From NCBI GenBank assembly GCA_051362555.1, contig CM120640.1, forward strand, positions 25,096,225 to 25,160,224: DNA of 64,000 bases, written 5' to 3'. The stretch comes from Lingula anatina (taxonomy: Eukaryota; Animalia; Brachiopoda). Each line of letters starts with the position of its first letter. The stretch's first letter is position 1. The notes beneath the pieces were generated by a model. That model saw only the letters and a program-made list of their open reading frames with translations. It was not told where the DNA came from and searched no databases. Of the stretch, positions 1 through 13,500 are shown piece after piece. A program made the position numbers and the translations under genes.

Positions 1-83
1 AGAAGTTTAGTATTATTCTTATAATATGTAAAGGCTTAAACAATTGTATCCAGTTTATAACTACACGAAAGGATACAGCTTAC

Positions 84-729
84 TGAGCAATGTTATCTAA
101 CGTTATCTGTCCTCCCAGTCTGGCTTTGTCGTAGCTGGGAATACCGGTCCGGTGACTGAAGAGGTCTCGGGCTGTGACATGTGCCGTTAATTCTTCAGTA
201 GAAAATCGCAAATCATTCAACTCTCTAATTGTTGTCAATGGAGTCTCTAGATCGTGCCTGCATCAACATATATACAGAAATTTACTTTCGTGATCAGTTT
301 TTCTGTACATTTATAAAAATTAAAATCTCATCCAAAAATGTGTTTCTATCGACGTATAAACATAACTCATAACTTATCGATTTATATATTTCGATAAAAT
401 AAGGAGTTATTTTCATAGGTAAAAATAGCAATATGTTGCTATAGCTCTTCACAATTACGGTTAAATGACATAAAAAGTCACTTTCCGGAAAAAAGGTCAT
501 TAAATGCTTTCATGGCATACGCAGCCGAACATAAGGTCTATAAAAAATGGCAAGTAATTTAGAAAGGGAATAAAGGTGGTCATTAACAATTCACCTCGTA
601 GCTGAACTTCCGTTTAAATGCAAACAAAGATGAATACGAGTTTAGATGTCGATTGATCACGGTTAATCGCAAATAACAGAATTACTCATGTATTTTTTAC
701 AGTATAGTTTTTTCACATCTTACAACATT

Positions 730-766
<37 letters not shown>

Positions 767-1832
767 TCAATTTTCCACGATTTTTTTTTAAATTTTGAAT
801 ATGAGAAATTGGAAAAAATTCTATACATGTAAATGTGATTGAAAATAAAGGTGTATCATAAAACGTGTCCATATATCGTTCCTTTCACCCTTTAACATTT
901 AACCATGAGACCTGCTTACGTTAAAGCGTATGGTATTCGTTTTGTAATTGAAGACTATCGAGACGTACAAGGACACGGCAGTATAAAGTGTTTTAAATAT
1001 AAGTTTGAACTAAAACACGATGACAAGCTAGAAACTGAGTACCCTTACCCCTTTTCATACAATATTTTGGAGAGCAAAGTAGCTGAAAATGCTTTCGTCA
1101 ACGATCCGATGCTAAACAATGTGGAGCTTGTAACGGGTTCCTGGCCGTTCTTGTCCTTTGTTCCATACCCTTTTGCCAAAATAATACGTCCATTTTTCAC
1201 CAGAGTTACTGACAACCCTGGGATTCTGAGGCAAGATAGAACTTCAGACATGACGGCATCAATGGTGCTCTCTTCACTAGTGGCGCTGGAACCACTTACC
1301 AATATCCATGAAACTAAAATAACGATAAAAATACTGCATCCAGTTAAAGTCTGATCAAATAATGGATAACTGTAAAACTGTGTATAAATGCATAGCGATG
1401 CTTATATGCGTGGGAACGTCGTAGAATAAATAAATTTTATTTTGTGCTGGTACCATAAAGACGCAGGAACAGTAATTTCGATCCAAAAGTAGTATACAGA
1501 ACACTAAAATCAGCTCTAAAATCCCTCTTTTCATCTTTTATCATTAGTAATATTCATGATGGGACCTTCTTCATGTTTAAAGACTTCATTTTCTCGTATT
1601 TTGCAGAATTTAATGAAAACCAATAAAATACACCTTGTTTTTCAGTCATTATGTTTGTATTGCAAACTCATTATATTGTGATGGGCTGTCAGCCTATATG
1701 TAACACACATTGACAAATGTCAATACAAATAACTTACCAGCTGTTGTTACAAGAAATAGATTCAACTGCATCATGCCCATCAGTTTGTCTCTTCAGTCGC
1801 TCATTCGTCCTCTTAGGCTCGTTTGCGTTCAT
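84..1832 (-). CDS. Serine beta-lactamase/PBP-fold protein, 5' part (continues past the left edge)
   Basis: Exons 1832-1738, 1369-1049 and 257-84 join with GT-AG and consistent phase. The translation contains IPGLSVTLVKNGRIILAKGYG, FSIGSLTKAF (catalytic SxxK) and ARDLFSHRTGIP, after a hydrophobic N-terminal segment (SIFIVILVSWILV). The first exon and start are less certain. Confidence 0.88.
733..765. repeat. (GT)n microsatellite
   Basis: Pure gt dinucleotide run in an intron. Confidence 0.95.
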
Positions 1833-3808
1833 CCAACTACGATTATTTCAGCTAAGCTCTATTAAAATGGACCTTACGGAAACCCCAACCGTCATTTGGA
1901 CGTCATTCCAGTCTACGTGCAGCATGCATTTATAGTGCGGACTTTCAAATGATTCTGTTATTCATAATATGGTTAACATAGAACAAGAACTTGAGATGTC
2001 CTCCTAAGGCAAATACGTATGTTCTACATTTATACGTTTCATAGGATACCTTGTATGTTGGGAATTGAGAGAAGAATTTTTTCATGTTGAAACAATGCTT
2101 TTAAAGCATTTAAATTTAAGCGAGTAAATGAACAGATAAACGAATGAATGACGTGATGAATAAAGTAATTAACTAGTGAATAAGCAGATAAACAAATAGA
2201 TGTGCCATTTGTAACTTGGTATTGATGCCGATGCTGTCTTGTGCTGTGCATGTTAATATGGAGCGTTAGTTTGGGCTTTTGAACAGGATTTGGAATTGCC
2301 TCCAATATAGTAAGAGGGTGACGTGACCTGCTTAATGTTGACATTAAGATCATATATAAGAGTCACTGAAGCAACATGAAGACCGGAATCTAATGCTTCA
2401 TTTGATAGCCATACCCTAATGATAATAGTGTTGTAAATTTTATGGCAGATAGCCTCACTAATTGCAAGCAATAAGGGAAGTAAATTCAAATAAGTCAAAA
2501 AAAAAAATAGCGATCCATTGAGTGCACGTGTAATTTCTTATGAGTAAACAAGCGTTTTTTTTTTTTTTTTGTGTGTGCTTTATGTAGGGAATGTATAATA
2601 ATTAAACAATAACTGTATAGGATAGTTTCATTCATATCATATCAAAAATAATATCTTCCAATATTCCAATAACAACATTAAAGGAAATTTATTCTAAAAC
2701 ATACTAGATAAACTAATCTAGAAATTTCTACATTTGGGTGTTTGATAGTACATTGTTCTACATTAGTTATCATGCAATAGCCCATATCACATATTTTTAT
2801 AATGCATTATTAGTTTTGTCTCCAAAATGTACAAATTGATTTAACACTTCACTTATAAGTTCAAAGCCTCCTCTTTTAAAGGAGATAAAGCAAAAATACC
2901 TGTCCATTTGGAGACATTGAGAGAAATTAGAAATAAGGGTGGGGTCTCCTTCATTTTGAAAATATGAAAAGGATTTTTCAAAGTAAAAACATATAAAGCA
3001 TTTTAAATAAGCCAGACCATTTTCAATGTGGTAGTTGGATTCCTGAAATTCTAAAATATGAAGTCATGAAAGTTACAAAGGAATTGGATATTTATAGAAC
3101 TATTGTTTCTGTGCTTTTCTAAACTAGGTCACTATGGCCTACCAGTAGTTTTATATGAGGCACAGCAAGCCCTCAGCTGGGCCCAACTTTGGAGTGCCAT
3201 AATTCTGAGACCAGATGAAGTATCAATCTAAAGTTTTATGTTTTCTCTAGTCCCTATAATATCTACAAAATATGTGAAAATCAGCAAGTTTCTTGACGGA
3301 GGGTACCCTCGCTGGATGAATTGATATTGAATTACTCAAAGGCGGTATTGACTTCATGTTATTGGTCCCGGATATATAGTTGTATATAATAAAATGGCAT
3401 AACTCACATTGGGTTAATTGAACTGTAGAAGGGGGGGGGGTCAGGAAAAGAGCCCCTCTTTTGAAACTGCTGGCTACAGGCCTGGCAAGCAACGATTACC
3501 GATTTTTAAGCAGATCCGTCCGCTATGCTACACGCTATTTGCTATACAGGGCCTTCCTTACAACTTATATATTGTGCCACCAGCTTCCAGCGTCTAATAT
3601 TAATATGGTACAATATACCCAAAGTAAGCTACGTAATATCAAATACTTGCATTCTGTGACAATGTTTAGTATCAAGAGTTCGGTGATGAGAATCACTTAC
3701 TTTTGAGCAAAAAATTTAAACAGCTATCATATGCCTACCACACGTATGTCTTCCGGCCGAATGCCCATAGGTCATCGTGTGGTAGTTGACCTGTGAGCGA
3801 TACTCTCT

Positions 3809-3830
3809 AGAGAGAGAGAGAGAGAGAGAG
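3809..3830. repeat. (AG)n microsatellite
   Basis: Pure ag dinucleotide run. Confidence 0.9.
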
Positions 3831-4638
3831 ACCAGCGATTGACCTGGGGAAGGTCAAGGAAGTAATGTACATCTGTCAACCATGAATTGGGACCAGGGAA
3901 ACGAACTGTCTACCCCCTCCCCCCCATCCCATCTATAACCAGGTATGGTCACGGGTCAACCAACACCCAACCACCTCATGACATTCAGCCTGAAGATGCC
4001 CTTGTGATAAAAGTAAAACGTATAGCCGTTTCAATTGCTCCAAAGTAAGTGATTCCCATCATCAAAAACTTTACTTAATTCAAGATCTTGGAACTAAGAA
4101 CAATTTCATAGAAAAAACAGACAATGTTGTGTTAAAAGCTGTCTTCACAAATATCCGTGCTCCAAGTCACAAATACATTTTTACCATAGCACATTGCTCT
4201 TTTCACATCTACAGCATTTTTTCTACTGGTACATACCAAAACTGTTAACCGCTTGCTTGTGAATGTTTGAAAAGATCAAAATGCAGAACCTGTCTCAAAC
4301 ATGTTAAACGCATCGTTGGCACTTTATTTCATGTCCCGTGGAAATCACTTTCCGCACAAAAAATATTATCTGCATACTATACCATTGAGTATAACCGTAC
4401 ATTTTATACTATAAAACAATCAACCCGGGAACCATATACATGGACATTTAAATATGTGCTTAGTCTTAACCATGGATTCCGCATGTGAAGCCAAATGTGA
4501 CCTCAAATACTACATAGGGCCTAAGTGCAAGCTCAGTTAGCCAAGCAATACAATGTACTATCATCCACATTATGAACAGTGTAGAATCCGTAGCCAAACT
4601 AAACTGTGACCCAGTCAGTCCAAATTGGTCACCGATTG

Positions 4639-4806
4639 CAGGGGCGGACCCAGAGCTATTTTCTTACAGTCTTCCAAATTATCTTTATTGATCTATCCTC
4701 CAATTTTGACCGTCTTCCAACAGAAAAAACAAGATATCTTTTAATGTATACTTGAAAATCTGACCGTCTTCTGGAAGACCCAGAAGACGGCCTAAATCCG
4801 CCCCTA
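4639..4806. mobile_element. 168-bp MITE (non-autonomous DNA transposon), copy 1
   Basis: Termini caggggcgga...tccgccccta with a 5-bp direct repeat gattg on both sides. A same-length inverted homologue lies at 53963-54130. Confidence 0.88.
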
Positions 4807-5174
4807 GATTGGTCTCATATGGGCTCATACACCTCTCCAGAGACCGACATAGTCCCAGTGGTGTTGCATACCGCAGCTTATCGGGCTTATACATGTAACA
4901 CGAGTCTGCCTCTCCGTTTGTACGTGAAAGCACCAAGGTTTTTTTTTTTATTTTTTATTATTATTATTATTGTTAATGGATCCGTTTGGCTAAGAGTGAT
5001 CATCATGTGACATAGATTAATTTGCATATGATTGTTGATGATATGTTTTCACATTAAAATGGTGTGCATCGACTGATTGCAGTCGCCTCCCAATCAAAAC
5101 ATTTGTTAGTTAAGAACTGGGTCTGACAACCTTGATGTACGATGCAGATTTTACGTAGTAGATAACAAATCGAG

Positions 5175-8100
5175 TTATTCTGAACGTGACTCTATCGTAT
5201 ACGTGTTCGGCAATGTGGAGTTCTCAGTGATAACTTTGTCTTTTGTATCGCAGGGGGATCCTCCGCATTCTTGAATTACGTCAATGTTTGAAAAATTTGA
5301 ATACCCTGTCATTTCCCTTGCGTTTCCTTCCTGCCTGTGCGAGAAGCATCGTTTGGAAAACCTACGAGGTAAAATAAAGAATGCATTTGCTTTACCTAAT
5401 TGCGGCTGCACAAAGACACTGTATATAAACGAAGTGGATTTAAGCCATATATGCAATCATTTGCAGATAATTTAGCGCAACTTTGGTGAATCGAATTAAA
5501 ATAAATTAATTTAGACAACTTCTGAAGAAACACTATATATCGAGTATTTTCGGTCTGTAGTTACCTCGTAGCTCTTTTTAAAAGACAGCACATATTCCTA
5601 AGTAGCTATATGTCTTTTCTGTTGTTAATTCATTCATAAGCTAGGATACTACCAACCTTTTAGACAGCTTGTAAGCGGTCGCCACTGTAACTAAAATGCT
5701 CACCAGTACGGCTACTACTACGACCAGCACAACGACTGAAAAGAAATGAACATCAGTGTAGTTAATTTGATCAGATATATCTTACGTTTGGTAAGCTGCC
5801 TTAGGAAAGGGAATTAAGAGGCCCTCTGTGATCCCACTTCATCTGAATTTTTATTTTTTATTTTTCAGTTTTTTTTAAATTGTCAAATATGAATTAATAT
5901 TTTATCGCACAAAATCATGCATTCCAGATGGGACGTTAAATTTTCAAGTATGCCATTGGTCGTTTTTCTATATATATATATATATCGCGACACAAAGGAA
6001 ACAGTCACAATCATTTCATCATGCAGCCTTGATAATTAACTTTACTGGCAGGAAAGGCTTACCAAAAAGCAAGTTACCTATCTCAAAATATGCAAAAAAG
6101 ACCAAAACTTTGACAGAAGCTAAACGAAATGAAACAGCAGTTGCTATTGTACCTGTATCTCTTCCAGTTGTGCGTGCTGTGGCTGTTGATGTCGCTGGCT
6201 GTTTGGACTGAATCACCACAGTTGTAGTTGTCGTATTGGAATCATTATCCCCGGCAACAACAGTGAAGGCTGACACTGTTACATTGGGCAGTGTGGCAGA
6301 GGAATGACCAGTTGAAGAATGTGATACATCTGGAGATCTAGTTGTTGGTGCATTGGCAATACTACTCACAGGGGCCGTCGAGACGCTCCGGTATACACTG
6401 GGTGTTATAGAGCTATGTCCTAAGGAATGTCCAGATTTCCCTATAGAATTAACATGATCCATTGTATAATACACATTAAAATCATCGTTGACATTAATAT
6501 TTTCTTTTTTAATCCATTAAACTACTAGATTTGGGTTCAATTGGATACTGATACGTACCGGTGCTTCTGATGCATTCGTCTAATGCCTCGCTCCAAAGGC
6601 CTGTGTGTTGGCATGTTATTGTCTGAATTGTTGTATTTCCTTCCCCTTGCTTCAAAACATAGCCGTCATCACAGACCAGTGTTGCAGTAGAATTGTGTAC
6701 ACTAAGTCGTCCATTTGTTGGAGATAGCAGTGGTGTGCAGGGTACGAATACTGCAAGAAATTTAGGGAAAATAGTATATCATTTTACCATTATGATGTAC
6801 GGTTATCAGATAAACGAAGTGTTACAATGTAGTAATTAATTTGTTATGCGAAAAAGAACATGCTTGCATGATGACATTGCTTTTAGGCCTACAGCATACG
6901 TATGTTAAGATACTTCATGGTATATTACCACTTCATAGGATAAGAATTATTTTAATTTTTCAAAAAAATAAAAAAGGAAAAAATCATTGATTAGATATTG
7001 TGTCTCCAAGGGATTTCTCAATGCTATTAGGCAAGTGCACATATAGAATATTAAAAAGCACTTACTTTTATATTGAAATGAAAATCCGAACTTCTCACGG
7101 GATGTTACGTTTCTTTGTGTGCGAAAAATTACCAAAATGGTGGATGGCAGAGGTGTCTTGCCTCGGTACTCTAACCGTTTTCCAGACTTCACGACATTTT
7201 CGTGACACACATTAAGGAGCTGGAACTGCCTGTATCCTTCTTTGACCAGGATATATAAATGACTCATTGCACAGTTAAATGTAGACTGAAGACTGTAATA
7301 GTCAAAGGTAATGCTGAGTCGTTGCCCTGGCAACAAAGGGATTAGCCACGTGCATTCGATTGTGCGCGAATCGCCTTGTCTGAGCTGGGTCGGGAAAGAG
7401 GGGCTTTTGATTGTACCTTGGAAGGAGTCTTCTAACCGAACAAAGCCGCCTCGAGAGCATGCTTCTGAAATCGTGAACCAGCAAGATACATATAAAGTTT
7501 ATGGTTGGATTCATGTCTGAGGGATTTAGTCTATAGTTTTTGGGGAGGTTCATTTTAGATCCAGGACTAGTTTTGTAGCATTCAATTAGAAGCCGTGTTA
7601 AACTGATAATTCGTCTGTAAACATACAAGAAGTATTCAACAATCTAATTAGTCAGTTTGATGCCGTCTGTTGTGTATAGCTAAAGAGATCAAAGAAAGAG
7701 ATCATTCATGTAAAATGACATTGGTTTACCCCCTGGGAAACTTAAATCTTTATCAGGCTTCGTGAAGGTTATTTTTTAGAATTTTGAGAAAAAAACGAGA
7801 AAACCCTGGGCTTCAAAAGCTAATACTAGGTCAAACTTTGTTTTAGAAGGTTCATACCAAGCTTTATGAAAATGCAAATTATAACCCACAACGACACCAA
7901 ATGTATTTGAACATAGAAACTTTCTTCACAGCAGCACGACGCCACCATGTTTAAGGGGAAGACAATTTGTTACAATATTTTGAATATCAGTTGTAGGTGA
8001 AAAGAAATATAGATAATAATGATATTAGTGAATGTCACAGGCCCTTCGCCAGCTGCAATTTTAAACGAGGGTTGTCTTTTTCTTTTTACCCTATTTTCGA

Positions 8101-9253
8101 CCAAACCTGAGAAATAGCATATTTCTTAGTTCAAATTTTGATATAAATCGAGCCTTTTCCATCCAAAGGGTGATTCGTTCGAATATCTCGAAATCCCATC
8201 TATCAACGGACCTGAATTTCTTTAAAGTTTTTAAGACTAAAGTGCTCTCATTTAATACTAGTACCCATACATTTTACACTTGCTATGGATAGACAAATAT
8301 ATGGAGACAAATATAATAGAACTTGGAAGAAAAAAGGGGCCACTACAGGAGCTAGATTCTCCATCAAGTATCGTCAAATATCAACCTGTGCAGCTTCGAT
8401 TATTTAATAATGTTGGCCTATTCTGATCAATTGTTAAAATTCATGTAGTTGATTTTGTCTTTTAGAAAGAAGGCTACGAATTTTAATTTTTTAAAAAATT
8501 TTCTCGTTCCCCAATTTCCAAAAATTGGCAGAAAACCAAGTTTTGCCTATAGGGCCTAATTGTAAACTCAACTACTTCTTAAGAAGAAATAATGTTGGTT
8601 TGGGAGGTGCTATCAAATTGTGAGAAAATTTGACTCGTGTCCCAGGATATTTTATTCTTACACATCTCTTAAATTATAAAACTTACATAATGGGAATTTA
8701 TATATATAATCGATGCATTTGCCGGAAGGAAAAGAGTTTTGATATTTCTAACGAAAAGTATTTGATATTTGATTCGCAGTTATTTGAAAAGTCCTCTACG
8801 ATTCTTATGCCATGTTTACAAAAGATTACTTTTGATGGAAATTCGGTGTCTGGTGTCTTTGTGAGTATGTTTGAGACTTTTTTCTCTCTCAACGAAACAG
8901 ACCTATCTAAATAAGCAAGGCCGTCCAAATATATATCTTTTCTCAATCTATTGCTTTGCTTTGGCATCAGTTCTGGATAAAACACGGAAAGATCTATATT
9001 TATCACATAATTTTCCATCACAGTACACTGTAGACTTGGGGATTACCATTTGCTTGATAAAATTGGCAATACAAAACATTCATTTCAGCGTTGCGTGGGA
9101 CATTCCATTTTCACATCATTATTCTGAAGCATCGAGAATAACAAAAACGGAAAATGGTTACTAACCTCTCTCGTCGTAGTCAATTGCACTCTCGACGAAT
9201 CCGTATAGAGATTCGAAGTATAAAATCACCAGTACATTCCCCCATACATTCAT
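5175..9253 (-). CDS. Type I membrane protein: signal peptide-CUB-Sushi/CCP-Ser/Thr stalk-TM-short tail (receptor A)
   Basis: Exons 9253-9166 (MNVWGNVLVILYF...), 7464-7066 (CUB: ACSRGG..GTIKSPSFP..ECTWLI..FGFSFQY), 6750-6559 (Sushi: CTPLLSPTNG..ATLVCDDGY..ITCQHTGLWSEALDEC), 6440-6153 or 6078 (S/T-rich), 5735-5657 (TM VVVLVVVVAVLVSILVTVA) and 5361-5175. Splice phases are consistent. Confidence 0.82.
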
Positions 9254-10512
9254 GATTACGCAGACAATCAAGACTGTTTGTCCAATTAAAAAGTAAATGA
9301 AATCTCTGACGCTTTGTTCTACTGTGTTCCGCCCCTATATACATGTAACAAGCCCAGTTAATACATGTTTTTCTGGACCGGGCTGATTACGGCCGGGGTG
9401 GCCGGCTTCGTATTTTGGGTTCGTTGTACTGTGGCAAATATTTCGAGAAGTATTAAAAACAAGTTCGGTTTAGATGCAGAAAAAAATGGTTCATAATTTT
9501 CGTTATTACCGATATTTTATTTTACATGGTACGTCAAATGTATGAGAATCTTGTGAGTGTTAAAGATAATCTATGATGAGATAAAAAGTATGTCCTAAAA
9601 ACTAGAGTCAAGTGACACCCCACGCACGTAAAGTTAAAAACAACTTTTCTGTCTAATTAATCTACATTCCAATTAAAACTGTTTCTAAACAGGATACGCC
9701 TTCTGCAGACTTTCTTATCACAGGAAAACCCTGCCTAACATTATTTCCAGTGGCAGTACACTAGGGAAGCGCTTGCTTCAACACATTGACTGTTTTTTAA
9801 CCAGTCTGAAAAAGCCATTTAAGATCATGCCATTAAAATTTTTCATTTGGTTTCAGACGACAACAGCTTAAACACGAAAAGTTTTTCAAACGTGCACTCT
9901 GTCTTTTCGGTAACAACATGAATCAAACTTTGTGTGCTTCTAACATGTAAGACGAATTCCTTTCATGATTTTCAATAATCAGTAAATTGTGAAATCTTTT
10001 AAATATTTATCGCCTCCTTGTTCTTCTAACCATAGTATAGGGCTAGAAAAAAAAGGAAATGGAAATGATTAAATGATAATTACTCTTTCAGTTAAAAAAG
10101 TCTAAGACAGTAAATGTTCTGTTAATTGTATCCTTAACTTTGAAAAAGTTCAATGTAGTTCTAGTCGAGAGAAAAGATTTGAGTTTACTAGAAACATAAC
10201 CTAAGTTTCTTTATTTTTTTCAATCAATATACAGTTGTTTGGAAGAGAACTAAAATGATGCTAGAAACCTTTAAAAATGCATTTTCATTTGTGTAGCGTT
10301 TCTGTGTAGGATCACTTTTTGTATAATAAGTCCATCACAAGAATGATTGGAATATCGAATGTGCACAGCACGCTGCTTTCTTGAATGAATAAAATGTGCA
10401 TTTACTCAAACAATTCGCTTGGTTAATGATTCCTGGTAGATCTTTCAATGTAAAAATTTGTTTAAGGCACTTTGGTTGCTACAACCACCACTACCATTCT
10501 AACAGTCGGTCA

Positions 10513-13500
10513 CTACACGCTTTCATCGGTGCCGTACAGTTCGTTATCCTTCATTTCAACATCATCTGGCACCTCAGCTGTTTTCCACTTGTCTCCTTTA
10601 TCTTTATGTACCACAGCATAAACAGGCTTTTCGGCATCCTCGCCATCAACTGGCACAATGTCCCCATTCTCAGCTGTGCCAGGATTACCAATTTCTTCAT
10701 ACATCTTGCTCCCCTCTTTTCTATCATCGTTTTCTCCCAGAAGTAGCTGCGCCTCGGCTGCCGTTTGGTCGTCATTTTTTTCGTCGGTTTGTGCATTATG
10801 CTCTCTGTTAATGTCATTAATACTCCCATTGTTACTGTCACCGACAGGGGTCTCTTGTAATTCTTTGCTGTATAAGGCATTGACTTGAAGACGGTCTGCT
10901 ATAATGCGAGATTCTTTGATAGATTCACGTCGTTTGGCCCTAGATGTGAGAAAAATTTAAAAGAATTAAGCCGAACAGAGACTTTCGCCTAAACACGCGT
11001 TTTCAAAACCATTATGAAATAAAATGTATACGTGCGACAGTAGCAGACTAGTAAAACGATTTCTTAAAATAAGTAAAAGCAACGAAAAAAGGAAAGTTTT
11101 TCCGTTTTATTACCTGACTGACAGGCACACAGCCACCACGATTGCTATCACAATCAAAACCACGACTAGCAAGCTGATCACAATAACTGGAATATAGAAA
11201 TATGAAGCATTAGACAGATGAAAATTGCAAAAAAATCTTTTCATTATGTTAACAAAGTTACGAAATGAAAGAAAAATAACCAGCTGGACGAAATGCTCCG
11301 CTTTCTTTAATAATAGCGTAGAATTTCAAATGATCAAATTTCCTGTACTGAGCAAATGTACTTGCAGTAAATAGAAAATCATTCCTAGGCCCATTTATTT
11401 AAATCTTATATAAAACCAAAAAAATCACAATCTCAAGTTTTTTTTACTTTTTAACACCAGAAATAACCCAACACGACTTAATATGACCTATGCAGCATTG
11501 TCTCAAAGATTCTGTTAGCGGTATTGACAAAGTTCCAATGCACAAAATGAAGTCCCAGCAGTGTAGATTCTATTAACGCTCTAAGCTTTTCAATACATGC
11601 GCCAGCAGCCTCCAACAGGGGCCGATAGCAACTGACAGTAACGCGACAAATGAGTGCCGAAAAATATGTCATACAAAAATACGTTATACCCATACAGCAA
11701 GTATTACATAACGATTAAGCTTTTGTAGCCGTTCATAAACTCATTTAGTAACAATAACTCTACAGGCTTTAACCAAGGAGGTGAAATTTATACGTGTGGC
11801 AGTAGCAGGCTAGCAAAACTTCTTTCTTAAACTAAAGTTTAACTGATAATTTCTTCTTTGAAACACTTCACAAGAAAAATTAGTGTGGAAAACGAAACAA
11901 CGGTTTTATACAGAAAGTAAAAAATCTCCATTTAGGTGTTCAGAGAAAGGGTGAAGAGAACTGTACATAAGGTTTTATAACAAAGTTGGTATTTACCTAA
12001 AACGGTGCCATTTCCATTGGATGCTTCTCCATTTCCAAGAGCTGTAACACAAAGTAATGATCATGTGAATTTAAATATCAAAAAATGGTAAAAAAAAAAA
12101 AAAAGCATTTTAAAATGACTATCTGCCTTTTTCCTCAGTGATATTATTAGTTATTTTAACGGTTTTGGTATTTATTGTTGATATTAGATAACACATGATT
12201 TAAAAAAACTAAAATTAAACAGACACAACATATGTTATCGGGTATTTATAAATCTCAATACTATAAAATTCCTTCTGAAAGACAGTTTTCTCCCTTTTGT
12301 CAAAAATCTGTCAAATTTGTTGCTGTAAAGGTGCCGGTACAAGCTTTAATCCAAACGGCATGCAGCATATTATTAAACTAAACAGTTTCGTCAGAAAAAA
12401 AAGATTAAAAAATGAAGCCAATATCATAACAAACATGCTGATATAAAATAATCAGGAAGCATGATGATAAAAATGAAAACAAAACAAACAAAACACTCAA
12501 GATTCTGTCTGTTTCATTTCCTTGTTTCTTGGAAAAATTAAAATCAATAATATCAGCCTTTCACACTGAACGAGTTGCTAACCGTTTTCAGTTCATACTA
12601 AACAGATCAGCCTCATGTTGGTAAAGTAAGGACAAACTCCACGGTTTACTTTCTGCCGTCTGTCCCGACCAACTGGCGGGCGACTTAATGTTGAATAACA
12701 AAAGAGAGATGTTTAAGTTTTGAAGATTCGTGACCTCTAAAATTTAGATACTCCACAATAATGAAACAAACAATTTGCAATATAAGCTTTTGGTATGTAA
12801 AAGTTATGGGTTGCGTAATTTCCGATACATACACATACATGTAACATAAAAGACTTGTTACCGACATTGTTAAAGTATATATATATATAAGCAAAAAAAT
12901 GTAAGCAACCATTTTAAAATCTGCATTTCATGCACCATAGATGGATTAATAAAAATGTTCATGATATCAATGATATCGTAAATTAAAGGGATAACAACTG
13001 TTCATTTTGGCCAAAAAAATGGATTTTCCTGGGGTAAACGACAATTTCCCCATACTTACCGATTGTTCATGAATCCATTTCGACATACGAAGTTAGTCCC
13101 TGTTGTTTTCTTTTCTTTTCTTTTTTTTTTCCTAAAAAGTCTGGTTTTTGTAATAATCTTATAAGAGATTATTACAGAGGATAGCCATTTATGGCGGTCA
13201 CATGGTCCGACGCAGGCACAGATTCCACAATAATTGCGACAAACGCCGTTTTGGTGGTAAAATAGAATTTATTATATTTCCATGGATTCCATGTGAAATA
13301 TGAATCTCATACGAAGAGTTGTTATCCCTTTAACCTTACAATAATCCTTACAAGGACAGAAAGTAAAAACTGCGGCAGGGGAACTTAAACCCATTACTTA
13401 ATTATAGGCTATACAGAATAGAAGATCCGAGGATCTTCTGATCCACGGATCAGATATGGCGGATCCTACTTGAAAGAAGAGCCGACTAATCCGCTGATGG

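Noticed and set aside
905-1354. 149-aa plus-strand ORF
   Set aside because: Antisense shadow of the beta-lactamase exon
4685-4936. ORF sharing GADLGRLLG.PEDGQIFK with the tail of ORF 53653-54135
   Set aside because: The similarity comes from the shared 168-bp MITE, not a protein domain
8698-9021. 107-aa minus ORF inside receptor A as an extra exon
   Set aside because: The nearest acceptor gives the wrong phase and there are no domain features; treated as intron
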